A DNA stretch of 64,000 nucleotides from Marsupella aquatica (lineage: Eukaryota; Plantae; Marchantiophyta). Below are positions 43,301-57,044 of the stretch, piece after piece. Position 1 is the first letter of the stretch; each line of letters starts with the position of its first letter. A model generated the notes under the pieces. The model searched no databases. It worked only from the letters and a program-made list of their open reading frames with translations, and was not told the origin of the DNA. The stretch covers positions 17,596,754 to 17,660,753 of the forward strand of contig OZ316896.1 of assembly GCA_973895155.1 (NCBI GenBank), in the 5' to 3' direction. Position numbers and translations under genes: made by a program.

Positions 43301-46300
43301 TCATACTGCTTCCAGAAAATGTCCGAGTCCGGGTATTTGGTCTTCTCCAAAGCATGTGCAATGTTACACTGCAAACAAGAAGACGTATCAGAAGGTATGA
43401 AAATCATATAGTTGACAGAAGCAATGAGAAGCGAGTACATTTCCTAGACTTGTATCTATAACAGTAGAGACAAGATGTGTTGACAGGTTCTAGCCAGATT
43501 CGGAAATTACACCTGAGTTACTCCGAGCCTATGCGACAGGAGCGATGCCACCAAGTTTCCATCAGTGTAGTTTCCGATGATCAGATCAGGGACACCACCC
43601 AACTCACTCCGAATCTCCACTGCAACGTCCTGTGTCAATGTAAGGTCCGTAAAATGGTTCGTGAAATCGTTTTATCGACTGTGTTATTCAGACTCCAAAC
43701 TTGACCTCAATCCTCAAACCTAGCATGTTGTGGCAGTATAGCTCGAAACTTCAAGGCGGGATCAGAAACCAACTAACTGACCTCAGTGAATTGCTCCAGG
43801 TATGGATAGACATCGAAACGTGAAATCCACTTCCGAAGAACACCAGTTTCCGATCGGAAAGGAACTCGCAGAATGAAGGAGTGCTCGGTGCCATTGAGTT
43901 TCTCTAGACGCTTGTTGTTCGTTGTACCAGGTGGAGTGTCAGGAATGAGACGGGTAACCTGCAATGAACCACCAAACAATTAGAGATCCTTCTAACTGTA
44001 ACGGGATAGCCAATGTCCCGTCTCCCTCGAAAGAGCTTCTTCGCCTAGTCTCCGAGGTGTTAACAATCTGCCTTGCCTACTGTGCATCTTTCCCAGCTGA
44101 ACTGATAGATGAATGTATTAGCAATAAGATGAGATTCGGAAAATTACATTTGCATCCGCGATGTGGAGGGTTTTGCAAACCATCATTTTGAAATCGAATA
44201 GCATGAGATCAGAAATGGGTTCTCAACAATTCCTCACACTGAGCAGAGGCAAATCAGATGAGGTCAATCTGCATACTTGGATTGGAAATTTGAACTAGAG
44301 GGAGGTTTGTACTCACCACAAAAATTTTAGGAATGATATCCACGCCCTGGCGCTGGAGTTTGAGGAGCATTTCCTCTTCCAAAGCCCGAACTTGATCTAA
44401 AATGTAAACAATCTGGAGAAAAGATTTTAACCAGTCTCAGTCGATCATTTTCATATACCCAGTCGTAAAAATCAAGTCACGCTGTCTTATTGAACAATTG
44501 CTGCTACTATCTAATAAAAATCTTGAAAAAGCAACAGGAAACGCAATGTTTAAATAGGTGAAACACATTGCTTTTGTGGCAATGCTTATGTTGATTATCA
44601 ATCTGGGAACATGTCAGTATACCTGTCCACCGGTATCAGGCAAACCCAGTACACCGGCCTGTCCGAAGTATCCATGTGGTGACATGACGACCACACTGAA
44701 AACCATCGGTATCATGGAAAGAAATTTTTCCAATGTTGTGGGATCTGGCGCCTGAAGTATGTCGAACAGCAGGTGGATAAGTTCTAGAACTCGTCCGACT
44801 GTATTGCCCCATCCTTTCTCGAGTCCAAGTTCTTGCAGCCTGCAAAAGCATTGAAATTGACATCAAAACACTGCCAGAGAGATCATTCTTGTTCTGTATC
44901 ACATATGACATCACAGGAAATCCTCCATGGTGGTATCAGCTCCGTGGCTACTCTAACAAAGTTTGACTTAGTGTGGATATAATTCACGTCACACCTGAAT
45001 TCTCAAGGATCGGCAACAAGGGCAGTTAATGAAAACATCTAATAAAAGAACGACATGGAATTGCCGTGGAAGGGACAAGTCACTTGTGCAATTCAATTTA
45101 AGAGACATCTGGAGCCCTTACTTGGAGGCTACATCTTTGAATGGCGTCTCTTCCGGTAACTTCATCAGATATTCCTCTGCCTTCTGCAAGGATGGCCGAA
45201 GTCTGTCGAGAGACGAAATCCTGTCGTTGATCATCAGTGTCTGTAAATATCCACCGGCGAGAATGAGTGAGCTTAGAGATATTATCTGAGCAGTTAAGAC
45301 GATCCACAACGCGACCTTTGTTGGATTTCTTGCTGAGAGAGACTACCTCTAAACACATCAGAAAAGCATCTGTCCCTGACTTCGTGTTGATTCCACCCTT
45401 CTGGAAAATTGGGTCATTGGAGCTGGGAGAGAAACTTCCACTGTGATTGCTAGTTTCAATTTCCGATGACTACCGAGCACTCCGGAAAACGTGCACCGGA
45501 ACATAAACAAACAATTGCGAGTGAACAACGGGATGACCAGTGACATGCATTTTTTACCTCTTCACGGTACTTGTGGATCTTTAGAAAATTGAACAATGGC
45601 ATCATACTCTCCGGGCCACCGCTAAATAACTTCGATGACAGATGACGATTGAGAAATTGCACACCATTGCCAACTGACTCTGGTCTTGTAAGACGGGGAA
45701 ATTCAGCGTTGAAAGGCTCCAGATCCAACTCCAGCACAAAATTGTCTTTAACCCTGCGGAAGACAGAAAAAACCTCTCCTGTCAGTTTTCGGTCTCTTTC
45801 TCGCCTCACCTTGCTGAGGTCACTCCCCCAACTTCTTCCACATCTGATACACTACACTGCGAGGTTAACTTTCCCCAATCGGAAAGGTGGAGTCCATCTG
45901 TTTCCCATACTATCCCGTAGAAACATTTTCCAACTTAGCAATCAACCTTCAAATGCGCCTCATAAAATGCGTGCCTAAAAACACCTAAATCCGCGCCGAA
46001 AGGAAATGACGAGCACTTTCTTTAAGTCCAAGCAGAGCACCACATTGCAAAAATTCATACCCATTCGATTGAAGACCTTCTTTGAATTCCAAGTACTCAG
46101 ACGGGGTGAGATTAGTCACAACGAGTTCATCCACATTAACCTGCAAATATTCCCAGCAGCCTGGTCTGGGCCTTACAGCCAATCCCACCAAGGGTGGCAA
46201 AACAATACACTCCTGGAAGTAGAAACAACGAGAACCGCATCAGGAAGGATAGTCTTCTTGCAAAACATCGATTCAATACAAGCAACACACTTGAGCGAAG

Positions 46301-47457
46301 CTGCACACCGCCAATCGTTTCTTGCAAGGATGAAGGGAACCGCCGACAAACCTGGCAATTCTGTAAGACCAATCCGAACGGTCCAGTATGAACCTTCAAG
46401 TACTCTGCATCCTTCTTGATAGCATCAGATAGCTCGTTCACGAGCTGGTAGGGTTGTAAGAGAGCTGGTCCCTTCGCTACCAACCTGCTCAAAAGTACAG
46501 AATCAAGATCAGCTTGAGTAACCTCAACAGACTGGCGACTATTTTTGACGATGCTTCCCGGGTAAGTGTCCATCGACTTCGATAACCCTTGAAAACCGAA
46601 GCTTTTTTATCTCTACCGGGGGCTGACAGGCAGAACCGTTCTCAAATTAACAATGTATAAACAGGTACTACAAATGAAGCGCTTTTGCGGCTCGTAAAGA
46701 GCCATCCATGGAAAAACGATTACAATAAGCAGTCAACATCCCAAATCAACGACAATTCTATTACATAACACTTATGAGACGTCTCATTATCTGTCGTTGG
46801 AACGACAAATCGTAATCCAATATATCCAACACATAATTGTGTCCTGAGGAGAGAAATCTTCGAGCAATCTCATCCTTCAATTGGTTTACTGCAGGTCAGG
46901 CAGCTCCTGTGGTACGCTATTCCGAATCAAACAAGTCATGACAGTCCAGGTGGCAGTGGAATAGGATGCGATCATCAAACTACCGTATCACCCTGCTGGA
47001 ATAGTAATGGACTGCATCCAATATGATAGAAACCCTGGAATCCACCACTGGAACTGAAGACGTTGGGCAAGGCTGACCTAACGTGAAACAGGTCATATCG
47101 CACATATCAAACACCTTTGAGATATCCAAAATTGAACCCATGTACCAGCCGAGTGGCTGAAGTCCTGTTCTTTCCCTGTTGGTAAACGAGCTCGACCGCC
47201 GAAGCAGCTGAAGCAGGGATGTGGCTCTTTCAGCTACAGCTGGAGACAGAAAGAGAGTGTCTCTCATGTTCAGTTGGTCCTGGCTTCTCGAGGATCTATC
47301 TTTGAATCGAGCGTGCTTTCTAATCGGTTGGGGAGGGGAAAACATGGACAGAGATTGATACGTACTTGCTGAAGAGCGAAACGAATAGGTTCCTATCGTC
47401 GGTAAGAGTGCCCTGGAGACGCTCGTGCATGCTCCGGAAACGCGTTAGCCGATCCAT
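40317..47457 (-). CDS. SUS: Sucrose synthase, about 15 coding exons; first exon 47457-47366, last exon 40439-40317
   Basis: [14 protein letters not shown] (N-terminal phospho-site-like), [140 protein letters not shown], then VKTVPLSSD. Confidence 0.97.
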
Positions 47458-48144
47458 CTTCCCACACCCAGCAGCAGCAGGTACGTCCCTGGCTCGAGCT
47501 CTAACTTAAAATTCTCCTTCTTCAACCAGAAACAAGACCCCTGCAGGGCAATCAAGCAGCCTTCTCGGTGAATTTCTCTCCAGTAATTACATAGCTGGCT
47601 CGTTTCGTCTCTGCATGCACAGAAACGATCCACCAGCCACTCAGTCACGTAATACCCTGTAGTGGCTCCGACAGTTGGCAACAATTCTTCTATTCCTGGA
47701 CTGGTAAGGAGAAAACACTAGCCCGACATAACCGCTGTACCACACCAATCTGTGTTGACGGTATTGGTGTGGAGAATAGCTATGGAGAATCGTCCAAAAT
47801 TGCTTCCAGCTCTTCTATTTCATTGGTGTGGTGCTGAACTTACAAAGGACACTGGAGGCCTAACAGGAGACTCACAAGTGTACCAACTGCCCGGACTTTC
47901 AGCGTTCGAGGGTGCGAGGACAGCAAGGAGAGAAACAAACCAAGCTTCAATCTCAGCGAATGAACCTCTCACTCGTGAACTCACCATATAACAGCCAAGG
48001 AGAATATGAGATGGCGAGGAGGGACACCGGTGCAAACAAGTTAGTTTGTACTCGACACGTAAGCATCTCAGCTCCAGAAAAGCAGACTCAGCTACTCCCC
48101 AAGTAAAGATTGGGTAGTCCTCTTTTCTTTCTCACTACCCACAA

Positions 48145-48273
48145 ACTTACTTATGTAAGAATCATTGGAATTCTACTAAGATTGGACACATACAATTTCC
48201 GGAAGCAAGTTATCGGGACGGATGAACAGATTGGAACTGGCAAGGGTGGAAACTAGAAAGCATTATTATATAT
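48145..48273 (-). promoter_or_regulatory. Putative SUS TATA box, non-coding leader exon and leader-intron donor
   Basis: Minus strand TATATAA at about 48272-48266 and GTAAGT donor at 48150, about 700 nt upstream of the ATG. A 5'-UTR leader intron is a known trait of plant SUS genes. Confidence 0.4.
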
Positions 48274-49796
48274 GCCTCAACCCATGCCTCCACCCAGTTC
48301 CTAAACTTTGGAAGTAATGATGACAGCTCGGTGGTTTGCAAAGTCAGAGAAGTAGGCAGCTCATCAGCTGATCAGCCTGAACTGCACGCAGAGTAAGGAG
48401 GGAGCTCGTGAGTAACGAGGCAGTCAGGTACTGTGATAGTGCAAGGGGGAGGGGGGGAATTGTACATTTGTACTGATGCTGGACGGGGTAACACACACGT
48501 ACCAGTTAATAATTTTATAATTTTGAAGTCGTCCGAACTTCCAGTACTTCCACAAATATTGCCGAGTCACCAGCTTCGAGTCCACGCAATTCGATGAGGC
48601 CACACAAGGAAGCCTTCCGATTCGTCCCCTTGTTACGATACGGTTATTCCCTCGTTTCGTGCTTCCATAGCATTCTTTAATTGCATTCTCATCCATTCTC
48701 CAGAGGCCCAGGCCCACTGCCCTCTTGATTTTTGCCGTTCCTCTATTTCCACCTTCTGTAATTCTTGTTTCCCGCTCTTAGAAAAATCTGTTTAGATTGT
48801 TAATTAGCTAGAGCATCGTTGCTCATTCGTGACCTTCGTGTGTGGTTGCATATCTGCCCAGAATCATCCGTAAGCTACAGTGGAGCTGAGCTAAGCATGC
48901 ATGCAAAGCGCAAAGCAAAACAAACACGGAATAGAGAATTGTTATAATGCCACGTCCATCATTGCATCAGCATCATCAGCATCAGCAGGCAGCCAAGCAG
49001 CCTTCAAATTCAATTTGCATCATAGCATCGGTCCACGTATAGCTGTGCATCACCCAGCCTACTCTGTCAACTTTGTGATAGCCTCTCCTCACTCCATTCC
49101 GTCCTAAAGTTCTCTGATCCATTCCCTCGCCCAGCTCAGCCAAAGAGACTTTCGCCACAGTACGTGTCAACTTTTTGAGTGAGGTTGCTGACGATCCAAA
49201 AGATAATTCTTCTCATATTCTAAGTTTTTTTCTCGTCAAGTTTGGCAGCCTACAACCCTTAGGGCTTTTGTTCTTTGGCAGTTTGGTAGGGCATTTGTTC
49301 ATTGGCCGTTTTGGGCTTTCTGACTCCTTGGGTCCTTCTGCTATTTGGCTCTTGCGTTTCCGGGAGTTTTTCCTTGGTTTTCCCCCTCTATTGGAAACCT
49401 TCCACCAAAATTTATAAAGCAGGAACTAGCAAAGTACAATGAAAGGAAAGAAAAAGAGGTCCAAAGAGGACAAACACCAAACACCAAACAAGGAAAAAGA
49501 AAATCAAGTAAAAATATACACACTTTTTATATACAAAGGGACCAAACAGAGTACAAATGAACAAACAAAAGAGGGCCCAAGTGGACAAAACCAATCGAAA
49601 AAGAAGTGAGCAAAAGGGAACCACTAAACACCAAGAAAGAGGAATCAAGTGCAATCCTAAAAAAAATCCTATAAAAGGTAAAAGGTAACAGAGAAAAGGA
49701 AAAGTGTCAAATACTACATGAGTGTCAACTCAAGGACAAGTGTCCACATTGGAAAATGTGACAAGTGGTAATGGTTTTTAATGCCTGTGTGGCGAG

Positions 49797-49822
49797 TTTA
49801 GGGTTTAGGGTTTAGGGTTTAG
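49797..49822. repeat. Short interstitial telomere-like tract, (TTTAGGG)3 TTTAG
   Basis: Direct reading: TTTAGGGTTTAGGGTTTAGGGTTTAG. Confidence 0.85.
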
Positions 49823-52140
49823 TTTAGCAGCTCTAAGGGAGGAGAGGCTAGGAAATTCTTTGTCAGGTTTTAGTGGATTACATCCTGATCCTCATATCCC
49901 TAGATTTAGGGATGAACATTAGATTCAGGCAAATGGGGTCCATGATTAGGTGGAAAAGTGGCTAATGGCATACAAAACATGTAACAAATGTTAGACAAAA
50001 GTGGCGACACTTTTTGGGGAGGGGGGATTTGGCTAAATTTTGCACTTAAGAAATAAGTTGGTCCTAACTAAATCAGAAAGTGTGAGAGGAATGTCCTCTA
50101 GGGGGGCTAGTGTCTGCGGAAGCATAGTGGTGCCCACTCTGAGAGATCTGATGATAAATTGCTCTAACTTGGGCACGTTGTAAGTCCACTGAATAAGCTG
50201 ATGAAAGTGTGTGGTCAAGATGGATAGTGAGGGTCCAAAAGGACCCATCCATCCATGAATATCATGAGCAACTTGTCTAAGAAGCCCATCAAATTGATGA
50301 TGAAGATGCCCAAAGATTTCAAGGAGGAGTTCAATTGTAATTGTCCAACACCCAGAAAGTGATACTTCTGCAAAGGTACTTTATTAGGCTTCTCCAAAAT
50401 AGAGTAAACTCATCTTTTGCAAAGATACTTTATTAGGCTTCCCCAAAATAGAGTCATCTCAATTCACCACCTGGCCAGATTATCTATTTATCTAGACTAT
50501 AATCAGTCTTCTCAAAGTCTTCCTTTATGATCTATTCTGTAGAGTGAAGTCATAGGTCTTACAGTTTCTGATATCTACACCATGTTTCTAAATAGGAACA
50601 CTGTTTAGATTATGGCCGATATTCCTTTATGTAAGTAAGAAAAATGTTGATATGTAGACCACGCTGGTGGAGAAGGATAGCAAGAGGGAGTTTGGGTTGT
50701 CTTCCCTTGGTGTGCAATAATGGGTAATAGGGCTAATACTAAAAGGTAGGTTGCACCTGGTTGGTAATAGACTAGGTTTAGTTAGCACCTTATGCACCTC
50801 TGGGGTCCTGGCACCAGCCCTGCCAGGTTTCTGGCGTCTTGGCCTTCTGTGCTTGTCGGCCCGTAAGGGAACTGCTCTCTTTGAAACTCCAGTCTAGTAT
50901 GCACCTATTTTTATGATTAAAATAATGATTTTTCCCATGAGGTGGAGTGAAAAGTGTACCCTTCTTTCTTATTTATATTCTTTTCATTTTTTGGAGTTTG
51001 CTTTGCCTGGTCATTTCTTGTCACGTGGCCATTTCCTGTCTCCTGGCAATTTCCCTTATGAATCACCCTTTTTTTTGTCGCCCTTTGTTTCCCCTGCCCC
51101 ACACTAAAACAATAGCAATATTGTCTGTCTAGAGCCCTCCCTTGCTAGGGATTGTGCTGCTTTTGGTCCTTCCTTCCTACCTCCCAAAAGGGGAATGCAT
51201 GCCCTAGTTGTGGGAACCAAGTCCTACCCTTAGAGCATCCTCACTGGACAGTGCTCGTCCTGCACTTTGTGACACACTTGCATGCAGCAACAGGGCCGAA
51301 TCAAACAGCCATCAGTGTAATGTATTTCTGCAATGGGGTGGGTGTGATGGGTTCAGCCTGCAACTGAGCCTTTAAATTGTCCTAATGCTATTTCCTACCC
51401 TGAGGCCACTCAACATCCATATTGTTCTAGGACTGTGTAGGGATGCAAGTGGGTATTGACTACTCCTCCCATCAACTGAGGTCCTTGTCATTTGTCAACT
51501 TGTCAAAGTTTAGGACTGGTAAGTTGTTTTTCCCTCACATCCTAATCACCCTTGAGTTTGACGGTACCATGTGCACAAACACATCAGGCTAGGTTAGTTT
51601 GTCTCCTGGGATGAGCACATGTGAGCTACTATTACACACAAGAAATTCCAAAAATTGGGATTAGCTCAAATGGTCATGAGCACTCATGAAATAGAACAAA
51701 TGATCTCAAACAAATTTCATACTTTGTGAGGTAATATTTGGACATAAAAAATCATGCTGAAAAATTGAGATTAAACAATGATGCAAAAGATGTCCAGATA
51801 AATGCACAAGTTTGCCTAAAACTAGCAATTTACAATTGGCCGGGGTGTCTCAAAAAATTACTTGAGGCGTCCATAGCAAAAGTGAAGGGCCCTTCCAAAC
51901 ACAAATCAATGGTCACTTTTTGGTTAGTGTAAGTAGACTGACAACTTTACGCAGTCCATGGGATGAACAAACAAAACCCTTGGTCCATCCAGGCTTAGAG
52001 CCAACTCACAAGCGCCCTTACGTTCTCAGGCCTAAGCACTCGCAACATGTTTGGATAAAAGCAGAATGATCTTGTTGTAGGACAGGATATGCTCAAGTGC
52101 AACGTTTGCGTTTATTTTATTCTCAATTCAAAAGTCAAGA

Positions 52141-52300
52141 CATTTACTTGATGGACCCCCAAAATGAAAAGTGTTTCTTGATGGACCCATGAGTGATCCA
52201 GACCATTGATAGATCTCAAATCAATGTACCCAAAAGCTCATGTGGTCTCATGGGGTCTATTAAGTAAGACATTCAATTTAGGGGTCCATCAAATATATCT
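52141..52300. mobile_element. Palindromic MITE of about 160 bp, copy 1
   Basis: TTGATGGACCCC...GGGGTCCATCAA terminal arms, with homology along its length to 52662-52819. Confidence 0.7.
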
Positions 52301-52661
52301 CCTTTCAAAAGTAGGTACTTGAAAGTACCCAAAAGTTTCTGGCCCTTGGAAGTCCATATTTTGTGCCCTCACGCATGGAAATTGCATCTCTATAAAATGT
52401 TGTGGGGAGTCAAGTTAGAGTGCATTCTTCAAGACTATGAACATGCGGGTCAGACTTTAATATACTTTTTGAATAATTGTGACCCTATTTGGATGGTTAT
52501 CATAGTGGATATGACCCGTGAGGGTTGTCTTTTGGTGGGGTGACTGGACATTGACCAGGGTTATCAGTTAGTGGGGTGAGGCACTGAGTGGATATGACCA
52601 CTCCAGGGTTATCTTTTGGTGGGGTGAGGCACTGGGTGGATATGACCTGGGTAATCATTTG

Positions 52662-52819
52662 AGAGATATGCTTGATAGACCCCCAATGAAAGGAAAAGTG
52701 TTATTAGATGGACCCCATGAATGATCCATACCATTGATAGCCTTAAATCAATGTATCAAAACCTAATTGGATCCATCAAGTAACACTTTTCACTTTTGGG
52801 GTCCATGAAATATATCTCT
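52662..52819. mobile_element. Palindromic MITE of about 160 bp, copy 2 (AGAGATAT...ATATCTCT ends)
   Basis: Terminal and internal inverted repeats (AAAAGTGTTA/TAACACTTTT, ACCCC/GGGGT). It interrupts a degenerate GTGGATATGAC repeat array. A partial third copy lies at about 39836-39881. Confidence 0.7.
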
Positions 52820-54639
52820 TCTAATATTTTTTGATGGGGCAAGGGAAGTCAGTGGATATGACAAGGGTAATCTTTAAGAATTTTGAAAATTGGCCAGTGT
52901 GGAGAATGGTAACTCGTGTAAGGCAGGACATAGATAATGTATTCCTTGTTCCATTTGACACTTGATTCAATTTCTGAGATTTATTCCTGACCACTAGATC
53001 TCCTTAGATTTAAGGAGAGCTGTTGGATTGTGGGTAGTGGGGGAGATACTAAGAAAATTCCTTACATCAAGTTTCTAGATTTATTTCTGACCATTAGATC
53101 CCCCCTATATTTAAAAAGAACCATTCAATTGTAGCTAATTAACCTTGGGGTTTGGTGGGAAACTGGCAAATGAGACCCAAGAAAAGTGTCAAATTTTAGT
53201 CACAGTGGACAAACAATTTAGGGGGAGGTGGAATTTGACAAATTCTAGCCACTTCAAATATGCTGGACTTGGTAGACAAAGCGATGGGGTGCAATTCAAT
53301 CCCACTTATCTCCAATACAGTTCCATGCATATTTCAGGTTAGATGGGGTGGGGTGAGGAGAGTGAGAACTTGGGTCTGATCAGCTCCCATTTTCCCTGTG
53401 CATGGTTGTCCAGGTTGGGACTTGGTGGGAAGAAGGAGAGGGTACAAGTCACTACCACTTGTCTCCTGAGTGTATGGTTTGATGCATTTTTCAGGTTAAA
53501 TTTGGTGCGGTGAGGCAAGTGACTTGCTCCAGATTTCCCTTGTGCATAGATTCATGTGTCCGTCACGGGCGGGAAAAAGCGAGAGGGTATGGCTTGCTCT
53601 CACTTATCCTCCTGCACTGTCCCTTGAGGTTTCCCACTAGATTTTCTGGGGAGAGGTGAGTGGGTATGACTCCCGTTTTCTGCTGGTTAATGAGCTTGAT
53701 TAAATGAGTAAATCATGAAACGGGAAAAAATCCATGGCGTTACTTGGTTGAAACTCCAAATCAAACCATTAAGAATGATGGGATATAACACCAATTATTG
53801 TCTGCTTAGTGGGTTGGGGAGCAGCTTAGACGACCTTGGATAACTCAGATGAAAATAACAATATTCGCGCTCTTTTGCATGCGTAACAGTTGAACTGAAA
53901 GGTGGCTATAAAGTCCAAGGCTGTGTCTATCCAATTTGTGGTCCTTGCTGTACTCGATGCATAATCATTTTAAAATTGAATTGAACGGAATAGAATAGAA
54001 TAATACTAGAGACTTGAAGACCATCATGGTTTCCTTCTTGGCTTCAATCCATCCACTTAGGTGGCATAGCGCCACAGCCCCCAACCTATTCCACACTATC
54101 CCACAAAGTCAACTATGTCGACCAAGTTGGGTACGTGAGTTACACCAACCTAATGAGCTAACATCTCAATTTCGTACATCGAAATAAATTCGCATGGCCC
54201 ACATTGGACCTAATTGGGCATACTTATAAGTCAGATGTTGGCAGGATAATGGTGTACTGTACTAATGTGGCTTTTTTGTTGTTTTTACCCCACACCTGCC
54301 CTTTCAAGAGCAACGGGTTACCCTAGGATCCAAATTTAGTGAAAAAGAGTAATTTTTTCCAAACTTGCATCTTAGAGACTTAGAGGAAAGAAATGAGTGG
54401 AATGTTGAAAAAGGAGGAAGTCTTGGACACTTCCCCCCTTAGATATGGGGCAGTTGTAGTTTGTATATGGGTAGTTGTGATTTAAGCAGAGTGATAGCAA
54501 TGGCAGTAATCTAATAAGCCGGAAGTAAATAAAATGTAAAAATACAAACCAAAGATTTTCACTGCCTCCCTGTCTGCAACTTGTTGGGGGGTTGCTCAAA
54601 GGCACTTTCCCCTTTTGGAAAAAAAATCCTAATCCCTAA

Positions 54640-55960
54640 GAGCATCTCCTACTGTTTGGAGACTTGTGGGAGCTATCCCCGTTGTATGGCGGATCAAATG
54701 GTGTCTGCCAAAAATGGAGAGTCACACACCTTAACGTAGTCCCCACTGGAGACTTGCCATTCTGACCCAGATCCCATGGAGCACGGTACAAACTGGCACC
54801 CACCTGGTCTCACATGCAGTGAATTTTGGCCCACGATGGTCTTGCATGCATTTGCTGTCCCTCCCCTCAAGTTCTTGCAGACCTCGACTCTCGCCTGGAC
54901 ACAATAGAAGACATAGAAAGCATGTCAGTCCTGTGGATTGATTTTGTTTGGCTGTGTTTTGTGCTGTGTGCTTGCCTTCATGCATTCACTTTCATTTCAC
55001 CGCCAGCTTCACCCGGTTAGCTTCACCTGGTTTTGATAGAGATAAATTAAATCAGTCACAAAAAACCAGGCCTGTACTTCATCTGTTGAGAATGGACCTC
55101 GAAAGGTGGCTGCAGATCTTGAGGAAGCATTGGATGAGGAGGAGGCTGATTGGGATGAGGAACAACTATTTTGGGAGTTGATGATGTTCACTAGTGACCC
55201 CTCTCCATTCCCAATTTGGGCCAGTACCCAAGGAAAAGAAAGCACTGAGGGTCTAGGGCCAGACAGGAGTCAGAATGTGGAGAGACAAGATGGAGAAAAA
55301 GGGGCACATGGACCTATGGAACAATTACTTTTCTGATACACCAACCTATGATGAATTGAAATTCATAAGAAGATTTAGAATGAGCAGCAATTTGTTTAAC
55401 AAAATTCTTCTTGATGTGTGTGCTCACGACACTTATTTCTGTCTAAAGGTTGATCCTGCAGAGAAGGTAGGCTTGTCTTTGCATGAGAAGTTGACAACAA
55501 CATTGAGGCAATTGGCTTACGGAATTGGCGCATATGCTTTTAATGAGTATTAAAGAATTGCTGAAAGCACAACATTGGAATGTGTTTATCAATTTGTGAA
55601 AGCCATCAAGGAGTTGTATGAGGGTCAGTACTTGAGGAAGCCAACAGCTGCAGATTTCAAAAACCAGCTTCAGATTAATGCAAACCGAGGTTTCCCAGGT
55701 ATGTCTGGGGAAGAATTGCCATGTTGCTTGGCAGGGCCGCCAACACATTGACAAGGACAAGAATAAGTCCATAATATTGGAAAGCAATTGATGATCAGGA
55801 ATTGTTGATGTGGCATGCCTTTTTTGGGTTGGCTCATGGAAACAATGATCTGAATGTCCTTAACCGCTCCCCACTTCTACATGAATGGTTATGCAATGAT
55901 TCGCCCAATGTCAGTTTCCATGTCAATGTACACTGTACAAACAAGCTTATCTTTTGGTGA
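54640..55960 (+). mobile_element. Decayed PIF/Harbinger-type DNA transposon (plant transposase/ALP1-like DDE nuclease pseudogene)
   Basis: Fragments LWNNYFSDTPTYDELKFIRRFRMSSNLF, GLSLHEKLTTTLRQLAYG, ESTTLECVYQFVKAI, YLRKPT, RGFPGM, WHAFFG..GNNDLNVLNRSPL, broken by stops and frameshifts. The left end TAA|GAGCATCTCC at 54637-54649 matches Harbinger/Tourist termini. No right TIR was found. Confidence 0.85.
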
Positions 55961-56790
55961 ATGGAATCTTGTCAACAAACAACACTATATGGCAAGACAA
56001 GATTCCCAAGGCAGGAACCCAAAATGTATCACTTGGCCAACCTTTCTATCACAACCAAAGAGTATTGAGCTTAGTCTTAAGTTACAGTAACTGCCGCAAT
56101 TAGGGAGTCTCAATTGAAAGCTGACAGTTTAATGGACCTTTAACTACCGGTTAGGGACACACAAAGTCCTGGACTCTGAAATTCATAGTCCATAACTTTT
56201 TGCCATACAAATTGGTCGTATGCCAGTGAAAGACAAAACATAAAAAACTTTTCCAAAACCTCGTGAAAAAGCATGACCATTCTTTACAGTCAAATGTCAT
56301 CATCTGTAATTTTGAAGCTTTTAGTTGCCCTATTGATGCGATATGGAATGGACCGAGCTCACTCCAAGCCCCAGTGCAAATTCTGTGGATGCCAAACACG
56401 AGGCCAAACATTTAACCCAAACAAAGTTACTGAAGAGCCGACATCTCAGTATTTTGGAGGTGCACAATACATTAACTCTCTGATACAACCCTAAACTATT
56501 CATTGAAAAATCTCACTAACTCTTGAACAAAAATCAATTTCAATTTTGCTTTGAATCCTCAATCAATATTTTTGGTAATATTCTGGATCTTATGAGTTCA
56601 TGCCACACTTCTAGTGAAGTTGCAAAGAGCTCATAACAACTGGCTTGGGTGAGCTGGCCAGGGGATTAGTCTAGACTACTCTAGAACCTAGAGGTCTCAG
56701 GTTCAATCCCCCCTCCACATGCAAGGGTTGTGGAGTGGGTGGGGTGTAACGGTGGGACCAGGATTGGACTTGCCCGGCAAATAGAGGCTT

Positions 56791-57044
56791 TAGAGTTTGT
56801 CAACTGGCAACTTGCCGCCCGGACCGTCCCAGCCGCCCAATCTTGACTTCCCAGCCCTTCCCGGCCCGGCCATGATGTCCCGGCCCCGGCCGGCTCACAG
56901 CCCGCCCCAGCCTGACCCCAGCCTGTCCCAGCCCGGCCTATCCTGGCCTGTCCCGACCCCGGCCTGTCCCGGACGATTTTCGCCCGGCAAATGACGAGCT
57001 TATATGCCCGACAACTCGGCAAGTTGCCTGTCACTTCAAACCTG
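56791..57044. mobile_element. GC-rich non-autonomous element with terminal inverted repeats (hAT-MITE-like)
   Basis: GGCAACTTGCCG / CGGCAAGTTGCC is a perfect inverted pair inside longer imperfect termini. The interior is full of CCCGGC/CCCAGC motifs. No TSD seen. Confidence 0.5.

Noticed and set aside
46980-47345. 121-aa ORF in SUS intron 1 as an alternative first exon
   Set aside because: No SUS similarity. The upstream [14 protein letters not shown] exon has the proper N-terminus and donor.
49137-49156. CAGCCAAAGAGACTTTCGCC resembles miR169
   Set aside because: Several mismatches to the mature miRNA and no complementary star arm nearby.
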